64,000 nt of DNA, from contig NC_045696.1 of the NCBI RefSeq assembly GCF_009834535.1, positions 25,236,001 to 25,300,000 of the forward strand. Direction: 5' to 3'. Below the pieces are notes generated by a model that saw only the letters and a list, made by a program, of their open reading frames with translations, was not told the origin of the DNA and searched no databases. The stretch comes from Camelus ferus (Eukaryota). Position numbers and translations under genes: made by a program. This document shows, piece by piece, positions 49,760-63,289 of the stretch (positions are counted from its first letter, which is position 1; each line of letters begins with the position of its first letter).

Positions 49760-52700
49760 CTTCCTTTTCCAAGCCTTGATTTGGACCCTTCTCTCCCAAA
49801 TGGTCTGTTTTAAGTGACCACTTTTGTTTCATTTCAGAAGCAGTTTTATTTCTCGAAGATCTTTACAACTCTTACCTAAAACAGCAGGCACTTGTGTTTA
49901 CTTTGAGTTCTTCCCCAAATTCTCTCCCTCCTTTAGGGTCTGGTTCAAAATCTTATCAAGTCAGTGCACATTTAAACAGTGCTGTTTCCATCTCTCAATC
50001 TGGCAAGAGTCTTTAATGACACATTACAACACGTGCCTGGGTCTACAGGGGATTTTCATAGGTTCTGCTCTTGTGAGTTTATATTGGACCAGCCTTTCTG
50101 GAGAGGTACGACAGTTTATACTAGATGGCTTACAGATATTTTTGTCTTTTGATACCATAATTACACTTTTAGCAAAATAGCCTCTAAGTCAATGATGCCA
50201 AGAGATTTTTTTTAGGTAAGAATATTTGTCATACCAAAAATAATAAAACAAGCAGCATATTCATCCATAGAGGAAAAGCCAATGAAACCTGCATGTTGGA
50301 ATACTATGAAACCACTAAGAGAATATTTATAGAAGGTTTTTAATGATCTGAAGAAATTCTGAGGATGCAGTTAGACAAAGATACATACCAGGACTCTATA
50401 GTTGTGATTCTACAACTAAGGATATGTAGGTTTGTATTTATAGCTAAAAGATAAATAAATTTCAGTAAGTGATTTTTTTCATCTTTATGCTTTTATCTCT
50501 TTTCCAACTATTGTAAAATAAACTTATCTTACTCAGAGTTAAAACAATCAATATTATGTTTTAAAAATGTTTTGACAGGAGACTTCACACTACTTTTATA
50601 CACTGTCAGATTTATTTTCCTACTACTGCAGTCGGAGTAATCTACTTGCTATGCCAAAGGTTGGTCTGAGTTCTGATTTAACCTGTGTCTCACTTTGCTT
50701 CCATTGACTCCCTTTGCTGGGAAACAATACATTTTCCTTATATAACAGACTATATTCTTCCTATTAAACAAATTACAGGCACCAGTAATATTCTGTGCAA
50801 AAATTTTCTGATCTCAAAAAGTATGCTTCTCTTTTATGATACATTTTAGAGAGCCACTTTATTTTAGTACCAAACATTGTTCACATACAATAAGGAGGGT
50901 ATGAAAGGATTGTTTCCTACTGTGTATGAGATTGTTAGTACAAAGAATTGTTTCTTAGGCTGATCCAAACATTCAAAGATTATGTGTTCTCTGGTCTGTG
51001 CCCCTCTGAAGCTCACCTAATGCCAAACCCCTAGAAGGCACTCAATAAATATTTAATTGAATGGACTGTTGGAAAGCTCTTCAAGACCAGCCTTTAAAGT
51101 TACATTATGTAGTGAACATTCGTGGATAAAGCCTTAACATCTTTAATCCTCATTTTAGTTGCATTGAATCTATAGTAAGAAGAATGTTATGAATTCTTCC
51201 TAAATGCCATTTTGGCATATTGATTAGAGACTATTTGCCTACACAGGGACTATGTTTGTGTGTCCAACTATTGCTTAGTTGTGGTTTTATTCCCAAGAAT
51301 ACAGCTAACCTGTTCTGTATTTTATCATAATATGCAATACTATGGTCCTGTATTTTTAATCTTTAGAAAATATCTTCTACTTAAATTATCAGTCATGAAG
51401 ATCTAAATGAGAAATAGTAAGTTTTGCATTGTTAGACTGTTATTCTCAATTTTTGAGAGTGGCACAGTCGCATTGGCAGATTCACTTACGAATTATAGCA
51501 AATTGTCAAAATTCTCCTGGGTGAATTCAAGGGAATATGAAATCCAATAATGCCATGAAATTTTTTTCTTTAAAAATATAACTGGTAATTATAAATGCAT
51601 GATGATTGTAATTCATTTAGATTTATTTCACTTTTTATGATGATAACTATGAATATTTTCATGCCCATTGGAATTTTAAAACTCTGTGCTGATAAATCAT
51701 TTTTTAGCACTTTCATTCAAAATAATTTTTAAAGCAACTTGGGAAGTCTTCAACTTTTAAAAACTATTTTAATACCAAGTAATGAATCTGCGTTGATGAG
51801 TGATAATTCTTGCTGGGTATAAAATTCCATGTTTAGTTTTCAAACCTCATGGCAGTAGCAGCAAGCTGTCACATTGTAGATTGTTGCACATTTCTAGCTT
51901 AAGTGTGGGCTGTGCTTCTCAAAAACCTCAGTAAGGAAACACACATACCTATGCCTTTAATACCACTTTTACTGTCAGCCTTAGGGGGAGAAGATAATAA
52001 GGAAGAACTCCTGCTTTTATAGTTTCATTTTATTGAAAAGAATCCTGATTGAGACCTATTTATGAAAATAATAAAATCTGAGCCAAGTTGTTTCATTACA
52101 AAACTTAAAACAGCCTTTTAAATTAAAAAAAAAAAAAGGGTCCTGCCATCCAACATTGTACTCTTGTTAAAAGATGGTAATAGATTGCAAAATTCATTCA
52201 GACATATTTAGCCTGTTTTATTAATAGATTAATTAGAGATGCATTCGTGGACCATTGGGATTTGTTACCTGCCCTTTCAAGAAGTATGCCAGGAAGCAAT
52301 TATTTGTCCTAACAGCTTCATATGTGTAGCCTATTCTCCAAACTCTAGTTTAATAGAAATACGTTTAAAAATTTATTTAGAGTCTCTAGGTGTCTGTTAG
52401 GCCCTGGCAGCATTTTGATGTCCCAGCTTCAATTAAAACCAATCAACCTTCCTAAATAAATTTGGCCCTAGAACATATACTTTTACTCATAATATATGGA
52501 TCTTCACTCATTTAGCAGCAGAGAATAGCTCCACTTGAGATATTTTCAAGAGTACGTTTCTGAATTTCTTGTCACCCGATCCCCATTTAAAATTTAATAG
52601 GCAGAAGTAGCATTTATGACAGAATTCCTGGAGGATATACGGTTCACCTGCTCCTCAAGAAATGCTAAAATGCAGAATGCTAAAATGTACTCTTGGCCTC

Positions 52701-53235
52701 TCTATCACTGAAAAGCAGCTTTCTGCAATGCCATCAGCCTCGGCTTAGGGTTATTTTAAAATTTAAAATAACAGCCCTCCCAAACTTGATTGTGTTGGTT
52801 TTAAGGATGTTTAGATTTTTTCACTTTATTACATGGGGTTGTCTTTATGAAAATCTTCTGAAGAGATACCTTTCTTGTCATAGAACCAGTACCTCTGAGC
52901 AATTGCTCAGCTTTTATTTTATGGGAGCTGAATTTTATAATGTTTCCCACTTTTTGCATTGACGGTTAGAAAGCTTAAAACCAAATAAATGATTCAGGTA
53001 TTCTAATTTCATGAGCTTCATTCCAGATTCAATTTTATATCCTTGCCCTCATCTTCCCTTTACTGTATATTTCCCCCTTTGTTATTTTATAATTTTATGG
53101 GTATTTTTGGTTATCCTATTAAGATACTTTCCAACATTTTTAGAACAAGGTGGTGAATAAACAGGAAAACTTTTCTAGGATTCTTTTCCTTGGCAAAAAG
53201 GCCAGTCCTCAATGCTATTTTTGGAATGGGAGGTT

Positions 53236-53400
53236 CTTTTTTTTTTTTTTTAACACTTTTATTGTGGTATGATTCTTGTACAATAAACTGCATGTATTTC
53301 AGTTGTACAGTCTGATGAATTCTGGTAGATGTATACACCAGTGAAACCACCACCACAGTCAAGTTAGCTAACATTCCCATCACTCCCCAGAGATTCTTTT
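53236..53400 (-). mobile_element. L1MB/MC 3' end
   Basis: Poly-T then TTTATTGTGGTATGATT...TACAATAAACTGCATGTATTT...GTGAAACCACCACCACAGTCAAG. Confidence 0.8.
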
Positions 53401-55079
53401 CTGTTAAGAAAGTTGCCTCTTTTCACCTTTAATTATCCAGATGAGGTCCTGGTCTTTCCCTGATGTTTGTGTTATTCCTGATCATTCCTTTAGAGTACAG
53501 AGCACTCCAGGGAGCACTACTGCTGTAAAAAATTCTGAGATAAACTTAATCATCAACCTGCTAAAGGCATCTCCCATGATCTTTTTTTCAGTGTATATTT
53601 GATAGATACAATCCATTCATTTCATAAAGTAACTGAAAGGATTATCCATTCATTTTCCACCTTTTTGAATTATTGACTGCAGTAACACATTGGTCTGATT
53701 TTATACAATTTTTCAATTGCTTTCCTCAAAATATATTTTGGTCATCAGATCTGGGGGGGGGGTGGGCAGAAATCCTGAATACTCTTGATTATTTTAAATT
53801 TAGCCTCAACATTTAATTTTGTCCAAATGAGCCTGACCTTTTTCTTCATTTACTTCTTTATCTGATTCCAACTTATCATGCATGACGCATTTCCCCTGAG
53901 TTCTACTGGAACGTTTTCTCATCTGCCAGTTATGTTGTGGCGACATAACGGAATTTTTTTTTCTTGGAGGGTTTAAACTTTTTCTAGGTACATCAAACCA
54001 CAATCCAATCTCACCATTGAAACCGGTCCTTTTGTTTTTCTGTTGCTCCTTTCAAAGGCTTTTAGCAAATCTTTTTTGTCCTACAAGCCTATCCATTCCA
54101 TCATGCTTTCTGCATGATTATATTTGGAGAAATAATATTTGAGTCCAGAGGCGAGTCTGAAAAATAATATCCAAGCTTAATAAGAGATCACTTCAACTCC
54201 TGTGGGACAAGGAGAACTTTCCTTGTTCAGAACAAATTTTTTTGTTTGTTTCCTGCTAGTGAATTCTATTGAAAAATCCAAGTAATCTTCTACTAAATAT
54301 GTGCTATACACATGTAATATATTAGAAGATTTTCTAAATTATAATTCTTTTCACCGATACTTACTCTAGTTTCTGTATAAAAATGATTTTATTGCAAACA
54401 TCTAATTATAAGTAATTTAAGTACATTAACTTAACTACAATGGTGGTATTCTAGTACCAGGTTAAATCAAGAGTACTGAAAATTTTTATTTTTATGCATC
54501 TCTAAGAGGAATAATACATCAAAACTCTTTATGATCAGCAGAACAGAAATTAGAAGAGATAAAGACCAAAAATTTTTAATTTAATATATTTCATTACTAT
54601 AAATATTTAACATTTCACAGAAACATATTTAAACAAAATTTTGATGTTAAATGTCTCAGGAGCTTGAAGAAAATAAAATTCCAGAAAAATAGGCCATTTT
54701 CACTGTAAATCAAATATGGCCTCCCTTTATGTCAACTTAATTTTAAAAGAAGGAGCATGAAAATAAAAGATTGTCTTTTGCTAAAAGACAGAAACTAATT
54801 GTCATGTTTTATAAGAAAGTTAAAGCTACAACGTAAACTTGTTGACTCTCACAATTTAGTCTCTAATTTAATCAAACATTGAACTTAATCTTTCTCCCAA
54901 ATTCCTTTTCTTTCATCTTTTCTTGTTTGCATATCTTAGCAGAATCTTCTCTCTTTTTTTAATTCTCTTCTTCATTAAGCCCACTCTCTGTTATATTTCC
55001 CATGGACTTGTGTAGATTCCTTCTCTGATTAGAAATATCTTCACCCACATTCTCAATTCTCTCCTATTGCTATTTAAGG

Positions 55080-55930
55080 AGAATTCATTAATTGTTCAAG
55101 ATTTACTGAGTAGTTGCATTCTGGGCACTGTGGTAGGCACTGCAGATGCAAATGAATAACACAAACATTTCCTTCAAACAGTTCACAGCCAATAGAAGTT
55201 ACAGGAATGCAAAGAAATAATTGTTATATAAAAGAAATGTGAAATAATGAACAGACAGAATGAGCAGACTGAATTAATGTCACCTCTCATTCAGAATGCA
55301 CTGTCATGCCAAGTTGGGAACACTCATCAGACGAGAAGAGAAAACTTTTCACAAGAGAAGTGATATTTATTGAAGTGGATTTTTGCCTGGTGGAGACAGG
55401 ATGTAGGCAATTCTGTAGACAGAATAGCCTCATTTAAGGATCAAAAACAAAATGTCACTGTGTGCTCAATGAATTGCAAAGAGTTAGGTGGACGACTAGT
55501 GCATAACTCTTCATGGGGGTTGGCTACATGGTATAAGAACAACCTTGGCAGGGGGATGCTTTTTTATATCAATTCTGTAGAAGACAAAAAAAAAAATCAA
55601 ATAATTGTAATCAATGGAGAAAATTATTGTATTTTAATTTATTACCATCACTTTGGTGACAGTGCAGACAATGATTGAAAGGGGATGAGGCTGAATAGAG
55701 GGTGAAAAGTCTTTTAGGAAGCTATGGCCAAGACTAGGAGAAAGATTTTGAGATCTGAGAGAGCACTGGAAAATGAGGCAAGTGAATGTTTGAGAGAAGT
55801 GTTTAGAATGAGGACTATATATGTCTTAACTATTGTTTTTTATGGCAGGTGATGAAGAAATACAATGTAGAAATAAATTCCAGGTTTCTAGCTTATATGA
55901 GTGGTGATGCTAATAAATTAAGATGGAGAC
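55080..55930 (-). mobile_element. decayed L2 3' region
   Basis: ATTTACTGAG...CTGGGCACTGTGGTAGGCACTGCAGAT tail; TTCCAGGTTTCTAGCTT; L2-like sequence continues after the MLT1 insertion. Confidence 0.6.
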
Positions 55931-55935
55931 TTTAG

Positions 55936-56280
55936 TTGAATATATCGTTGCTCACCAAAACTTGTTCCTTCCTCTGCAGTAAATTTATATCCCTGACCTG
56001 TTGATTCACTTAGGACCATGTGACCTCCTTTGGGAGTGCCATGTTTCTCTGCAAGGAGAAAGTTTCAAGAGCAGGCACTTGATTCACAATGTTTTCTTTT
56101 CCTTCTTCCATGAGACTGACTATGTTCCAAATGGACATTACTCCATCCACCTGGATCCCAGAATCAGGATGACATGCCACAAAGCCCTCACTGGTCAAAA
56201 ATATAGCTTTCTCCTTTAAGCCACTGAGCTAACAGGATCATTTGTTGCTGTGAAATAACAATGTATCCTGACAGATACAG
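55936..56280 (+). mobile_element. old MLT1 (H/I-like) LTR inserted in L2
   Basis: GGACCATGTGAC; TACTCCATCCACCTGGATCCCAGA; TTTAAGCCACTGAG...TATCCTGACAGATACA end. Confidence 0.65.
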
Positions 56281-56459
56281 AGGATGATAAGCTTTGGAGA
56301 GAAGGAGATTAATTCAGTTTTGGACAGATTGAGACTGGGTCTTGAGGAGACCCTTATATATTTATGGTGTTAGAAAACCCTTAAGACATATTTCCGTTTA
56401 ACTGCTGTTTTTACTAATTGATTATTTTTTTTTTTGTTGGTGGTTAAGTTGTTGAAAGG

Positions 56460-56690
56460 TGGCCTTGTGTAGTGGTTAAAGGTGTGTTCTGTAAAACCAC
56501 ACTGCCTATATTTGACTCCCTGATCTTTTATCTCAACAGTTTTATACTTTGGTTTCCTCATCTGTAAAATAAGGATGATCAAACAATGTACATCATAAGG
56601 TTACTGTGAGAATTAAGTAAAATATATATCTGCACTTAGAAGAGTGTCTGGCTCATAGTAAGTGTTTTGTAATGTTATTGTTACTATTTT
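56460..56690 (+). mobile_element. MIR SINE
   Basis: GTGTAGTGGTTAAAG; GTTTCCTCATCTGTAAAATAAGGATGAT; AGTGTCTGGCTCATAGTAAGTG. Confidence 0.85.
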
Positions 56691-57349
56691 TGTGTCCATA
56701 ATTAGATCCTTTCAGAAAGCAGGTGGAAAATTAAGGTAGATACAAGGATAAAAGATTTCACTTTCCACTGAGGCTGTAAGAAAAACAATAAAGAAAAAGA
56801 TTTCCAGTCTTATCTTTTGAGGAAAACTGCTCTACTGAAACTAATTTCTATCATTTACTTTAAAGTGAGATTATCTTATTTAAGTACGAAAAAAAATGTA
56901 TTTTAAGATTTGATTTGTCAGTCCTCATAATCTACACACCCAGTCTTTATGAGATGTGGAAGAATTATTTCAAGACTAACAATACTTTGAATAATATTTG
57001 ATCCAAGAAACATAAAAATGTCAAATGATGCACTAAGATAAGGAAGAGCCTACTGATGTAGCATGCTCTGGAAAAATACTGAAATTTTTTCTAAGGTATT
57101 GTTGATTTTCTTCCTTCTCTCAGAAGGCCCAGTATTCTAAATTTCTGGCTTTCCCCACTGGCTGCTTACATCTCTTTGCAAAGCTATTTGTTCCCAGGAA
57201 GCCCCATGGTCTGGTTTAGAGCAGGTTATCAAAGTCAGGTAAGTTTCAACCTTCCACTACAGAGAGAGCTCACAAAGCTTTAGGCCTGAGATCTTCAACT
57301 TCAATCAGCAAAGTTCTGCTTTTTTATATATATCTTACACGTGTAATAA

Positions 57350-57570
57350 AGTATAGCATAGCAGTTAAGAGGGACCAGAATCATATTGTCTGGAGTCAAA
57401 TTTCCACCCTTCTGTTAATTCGCAGGGTGCCCTGATTTTCTGCGTATGTAAAATGGAATAATTACAACAGCTACCCCTTACCTTATAGGGATTAAATGAG
57501 TTAATGTGTACGAAGAAATTAGAATAGTCCCTGCTACAACAAAAGTAATCAAAAGCTAGCTGTTGCTATT
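57350..57570 (+). mobile_element. MIR SINE
   Basis: GTATAGCATAGCAGTTAAGAG; TGTAAAATGGAATAAT; GGATTAAATGAGTTAATGTGTA. Confidence 0.8.
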
Positions 57571-59330
57571 TGAAAATCGTTCTTCTGATAATAATAATAA
57601 TTTATTAAGAAATTTCTAAATCACAGGAGGTAAGTTTCTTTCTACATTTCTCTGTCTTCCTTCTTCATAATCCAAATTTAGAACCACCAGAAAACAGTGC
57701 CTACATATTTTTAATTGGTCTGCTCTAAAAATAACAATCCAGTTAATATGTTGGTTAAAATAGTTAGGAAGCCAGCTGGCTAGTGAAGGTGACATTAGTG
57801 AGCAGATAATGTTGTCAGCACCACACAAACCAGCTCGGGAAGGGGGCTACCTCCAACACCTACCTGAATGTTGCTGTCAACCATCAGGAAAGTATCCTCA
57901 TTTCCTTTTCCTTTACTACTGGAGAAACATTTCAATTTAGTGTTTATTAAGAGGCTGTCTTGGGTGAGGATTCTGTCAAGCATGATAAAAAAACAAATGT
58001 TCAAGGTGCAACTATTACCCTTAAAGAATGAAGGCTCTTTGTCCACCTGTTCCCTCCTTCTAATTCCCACTGGGCTTTGAGAAGGACCTGTAACTGTCAT
58101 CAGAGGCTGTGGCAAAGAGGACAAGTATGCTTTATACAGATGAATAATCCAGGTATCAAATTTAAATGAAAGCACAAGGAATGACAAATCAGTTACAGGT
58201 TCTAAACAAGAAAGGAATAGACCTGCATGCAGTTTGGAGAAATTTGCATTGGATAGAGTAAGGTGATTTTTAATTATTTTAAAGTATAATAAAGCATGTG
58301 ATTCCCTCAATTTATCTATTTTTTTCCGGTATCAAAACAAGCTTAACATCATGATTTGATTTCCATTTACATTATTGTAAAGATCTAATCAGCCTGCCTT
58401 CTTACCTATAACCATAGTACATAGCAACACTATTTAATAATTTTTAGAAGGGGAGATTTCTAAATGTCATAGATCAGGAAGTGTCAGACTGTTTTGTTTT
58501 TCAGACAATATTTGTTTTGGATTTGGTAAGACACTAAATTTTTTAAAGGCATTTTTAGTTTACAAAAAACAATTTTTTTTAATGAAGAAAAAACTCCTTG
58601 AGGCATTATAGTTCTCTCACCAGAGAAAAGGAAACTGTATAAAGTGTATTAAACTGCAGGCAGTCGAGAATAGCAATAACATATGAACTAGAATACACGG
58701 AGACCCGAAAGGTCTCAGTAGTGGAGCTGGCTTCTTGTCCGCTAGCATGTGTTCTTATGGGAATTAGAAAGGGTGCCCTTCGAAAGGGCAAAATAAATGT
58801 TCAGAAAAATCAAACATTTTCGTCAAGCAACAAAATCTAATCCCTCAAATGACCGAGCAGCACAGGCAGGGATCCCCTCCCTTGCTAGGCAGAAATGACA
58901 CCAGAGGCCAGAGGGGCCAGATTGAACCAGAAACTCTGCAGGCCCATATGCCAGGAGGTGAGTCAGAAAAGATGTTATAGTATGAGGGAATAGAGGCAAA
59001 AATTCAAGTTGGTGTGCAGGAATCGGGTTTTGAATCCAAAAAGATGAGAAGGAGAAAAGAGCACTTTAAAATCAGACAGGAAGGAGGAGGAAAGGGTGAG
59101 CGGAGGCTGTTTCTCTGATTGATCCTGATTGATTGGCCAGAGGACCCTTAGCAGGCAGGTGTTGCTTTTGTGAGCTGTAGGGATGTGAACATTTGCCGGG
59201 GTGGCCCAGGTAAAAAGGACCAGGATTACAGTATAGTCTCTTACAGTCTCTTCACAGCAACACCTTTCCAAGCTTTGATGGGGCTAGAGTTTCCTTGGAT
59301 TTGCAAGGTCAAGATCATACCTTTTCTTTT

Positions 59331-59939
59331 TGATACAGGAAAGTGAGACACAAGAGGATGAGCATGTCCCAGGTCTCAGTCGAGTCTTTGGTATGTGCCC
59401 TGCCAAGGAGGGTCCTTGGATTCAAAAGCATTCAGAAGTGAGCCATAGTAGAGTGAAGGTAGATTTATTCAGAGAGCTACATACTCCACAGACAGAGTGC
59501 AGGCCATCTCAGAAGGCCAGAGAGGCCACAAGGCTTGAGGGGTTTAGTTTAAGGTAAAAGTAGATGCACACTCTGCAGGGCCCATCTCTGAAGGTGCGAG
59601 AGAGCGAGAGAGAGGTCATGGGGTGCAGGGTTGTTAAGTGTCTATGTTTTTTATGGGCTGGGTACTTTCATATGCTAACATAGGAGGATTATTCCAACTA
59701 CTCTTGGGGAACTGGCTGGGATTCCCAGGAAATGGGCCACCGCCCCCTTTTTGGCCTTTTATGGTCAGCCTGGGAACTGCCATGGCACCTGTGGGTGTGT
59801 CATTTAGCATGCTAATATGTTACAATGAGCGTATAATGACGCTCAAGGTCTACAGGAAGTCAGATCTCCCACCATCTTGGTGCTAACTGCTGTGTCATTC
59901 TTTTCATGGTTGTGCCCTGCTGCTTTCCCTCCTGTCTCA
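59331..59939 (-). mobile_element. ERV1-class solo LTR, lineage-specific
   Basis: Terminal inverted repeat TGATACAGGA / TCCTGTCTCA (9 of 10 match); 4-bp TSD TTTT; minus-strand AATAAA near 59464. Confidence 0.85.
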
Positions 59940-60039
59940 TTTTGAGTCCCTATTCTTTCTATTACTCTTCGTTCTCCTTTTATCAAGACTTGGCTTTTCT
60001 TTCACATATTCAACTCAGATAGTTTAGAAGAAAGGCTCT

Positions 60040-60367
60040 CAAAATTTCAGTGGCTTAAAGCTAAGAGATGATTAGGGGGGTTGCAGATGGCTCTGCTCCA
60101 TAAATCACTCACGGATCCAATATGGCAGGCATTCCACAACCCTGGGGCTGTGCTCTGTGAAGCACTCCTCCTCTGATTTCTCTGTGGCAGTTGAGAATGG
60201 AGAATTCCAAAAATGCATTTGACTACTCAGTTCAGAATTGATACACATCACTTTAGCTCATGTTGCATTGACCATTCCTAGCCATGGGGCTCCACTCAAC
60301 TTCTAAAAGCCTAAAAAAAATGTAGGGAACAAGTGAAATATTTGGTGAACATTATCATCCCTGCCTC
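60040..60367 (-). mobile_element. old MLT1 (K/L-like) LTR
   Basis: CAAAATTTCAGTGGCTTAAA; ACACATCACTTTAGCTCATGTTGCATTGACC; GAAATATTTGGTGAACATT. Confidence 0.6.
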
Positions 60368-61843
60368 AGGGGGAGAACCAGGTGTTGCTGCGAAGAGACT
60401 AGAAGAAAGTTACGTGTGATGTCAGGCATCTGTTTGATGGAGTAGCTTGAAGGGGCCATCACTGGGCTGATGGCCTTCCTCACTTTAAATGGCCCCAATT
60501 AGCTATTGTCCAGTTTTTAGCCAAATGTCACTTCCCATTTAGATCATTTCCTCCAGTGTCTTTCTGTGATTTTTGTATGTTCCTTTTGCACACTAGAGTC
60601 AGTCATCCCATGCCTGCTCTAACACACGAGGGTGGGATGGTGCACCATACTGCACAGCAACTGATAGACTCTGTTTTGTTTTTCAAAAGTGGCATATTGT
60701 GACAGGTGGAATATTTGTCTGTAAAATGTACTTAGATTTAGAAATGCCTTTCTTGAATTTTTAACTGGTCATTAGCCTTGCAGGTGATAGCCAATGGTCA
60801 GATGGATGCAGGCAAAAGTATTTGCCTCTGATTATAAATTTGGTTCTTCAGTAAAGGATAACATAAAGGTGAAAAAGTGTCCTGGTGAAAAGTGGTTTTT
60901 GCCTTGTTTCCCAGATGAGTGGTGGTTCCTCTAAGATCTTTTATTTATAGGCAGGTGACATTTCCCAAACCTCACTTGCTAAAGATCACAGAGGGGATTC
61001 AGGAGGCCATTAATCCAGGTAGGATATTCTTATTCAGCTTACGGGGAAATGTTAGGTCAATCAGGTCAAGTATAAGTTACTAGCTCAGATAAAGAGGTAC
61101 TTAGGAAAGATGCTTGGGCAGCCCGTAGGATCTCAGAACAAGAATTAATGGACTTTGACTCATGTACTCCACCAATAACGTGACTGAGACATAATAATGT
61201 AGACTCTAATGTTCTCCACTTGAATTGCTTATTGAAAGAAGTGTATCTCAGCCCATAGATTAATTCTCTTGTGGTATTTAGGACTGGGAGGGTAGTCACA
61301 GGGTTCTAATGGCCACCAAAACTAGGTGCATGGAGAGTATCTTAAAAGGGATGTGACTTGGAAACAAAACTAGTCACTGTTGCTATACAGACTGTCCTCA
61401 AGAAGTTTTTATTTCTGTGAAGCAAATATGCAAACAAGGAATTACAGTATGTTGTTTTAAATATTATGATATATGTACATCCTTATTTTCCACTGCTGAA
61501 AAACCTCCGCCGTATAGTGGAGTTATAAAAAAAATTTTTTTAACATTTTTTTATTGAGTAATAGTTATTTTACAATGTTGTGTCAAATTCTAGTGTAGAG
61601 CACAGTTTTTCAGTCATATATGAGCATGTATATATTCATTGTCACATTTTTTTTTTCACTATGAGCTACCACAAGATCTTGTATATTTTCCCCTGTGCTA
61701 TACAGTATAATCTTGTTTATCTATTCTGCATTTTAAAATCCCATTCTGTCCCTTCCTACCCCCCACCCCCTTGGCAACCACAAGTTGGTATTCTATGTCT
61801 ATGAGTCTGTTTCTGTTTTGTATTTATGTTTTGTTTGTTTGTT

Positions 61844-62214
61844 TTAGATTCCTCATATAAGCGATCTCATATGGTATTTTTCTTTCTCTTTCTGGCTTAC
61901 TTCACTTTGAATGACATTCTGCAGGAACATCCATGTTGCTGCAAATGGCGTTACGTTGTCGGTTTTTGTGGCTGAATAGTATTCCATCGTATAAATATAC
62001 CACCTCTTCTTTATTCAGTCATCTGTTGATGGACATCTAGGCTGCTTTCATGTCTTGGCTATTGTAAATAGTGCTGCTATGAACATTAGGGTGCAGGTGT
62101 CATTTTGAAGTAGGGTTCCTTCTGGATATATGCCCCGGAGCAGGATTCCTGGGTCATACGATAAGTCTATTCCTAGTCTTTTGAGAAATCTCCATACTGT
62201 TTTCCACAGTGGCT
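61844..62214 (-). pseudogene. L1 ORF2p C-terminal remnant with in-frame stops
   Basis: Manual translation: [30 protein letters not shown]...MFIAALFTIAKT*KQPRCPSTDD*IKKRWYIYTMEYYSA. Confidence 0.92.
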
Positions 62215-62350
62215 TTCCTTGCTACCCTCTCCCACTCTTAATGATTTAGATGTCTTCTTTTACAATTTTATTTTTTTTGTAATTCATGGCAGTTATCTCC
62301 TTTCCAGTTATAAGTTTCCTCATTTTTGTAGCATCCTGCTTCTTTACTAT

Positions 62351-63251
62351 TTAGAGTAGACCTGTCAATATTTCTTTTAGCATGGGTTTAGCGTTGCTAA
62401 ACTCTTTTAGTTTTTGCTTGTCTGTGAAGTTCTTTATCTCTCCTTCTATTCTAAAGGATAGCCTTGCTGGATAGAGTATCCTAGGCTGCATCTTTTATTC
62501 ATTCAGGACTTTGAATATATCTTGCCACTCCCTTCTGGCCTGTAGTGTTTGTGTAGAGAAATCAGCTGAGAGCCTTATGGGGGTTCCCTTGTAACTCACT
62601 CTTTGTTTTTGTCTTGCTGCCTTTAGGATCATTTCTTTATCCTTGACTCTGGCCATCTTGATTATGATATGTCTTGGTGTGGGTCTGTTTGGGTTCTTCC
62701 TGTTTGGGACCTTCTGAGCCTCCTGTACTTGGATATCTGATTCTTTCTTTAGGTTTGGGAAGTTTTCAGTCATGATTTCTTCAAATACCTTTTCAATCCC
62801 CTTTGTTCTTTCGTCCCCTTCTGGAACCCCTATTATGTGTAGATTGGCATGCTTTATATTATCCCATAAGTCCCTTGTATTGTTTTCATTGTTTTTTATT
62901 TGTTTTTCTCTCAGCTGTTCTGATCAGGTGCTTTCTGTTGTCCTGTCTTCTAGGTCACTTATTCGTTCCTCTGCATTATCTAGCCTGCTTTGTACAGCTT
63001 TTGGGTCATCTCTCATCTCAGCAAATGAGTACTAATTTTACTTGGTTCTTCTTTGTAGCTTCTATTTCATTTTTGACATATTTTATATCTCTAAACACTA
63101 TTTCTTTTAGTTCCTTCAGTACTTTGATCAGTCCTTTTTTGAAATCTTGATCTAGTAGGCCATCAATGTCTACTTCCTTGATCGTGCTTTCAGGGGATTT
63201 CTTTTGATCCTTTAATTGGGGGTGGTTCCTCTGCTTCTTCATATTGCTCAT
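62351..63251 (-). pseudogene. L1 ORF1p, disrupted by a frameshift near 63030 and premature stops
   Basis: MSNMKKQRNHPQLKDQ...; MTENFPNLKKESDIQVQEAQKVPNRKNPNRPTPRHIIIKMA...PIRLSADFSTQTLQARREWQDIFKVL; PRILYPARLSF; terminal TAA at 62351-62353. Confidence 0.95.
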
Positions 63252-63289
63252 ATCTCTCTGGCACTGTGGCTTAAGGAGTATCATTCATC

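Noticed and set aside
57795..58310. Longest ORF in the track (171 aa, minus strand)
   Set aside because: Non-ATG start, no recognisable domain, and a length within what six-frame chance can give in 64 kb
60454..60475. Inverted repeat GGCCATCA...TGATGGCC
   Set aside because: An 8-bp stem is expected several times by chance and there is no supporting context
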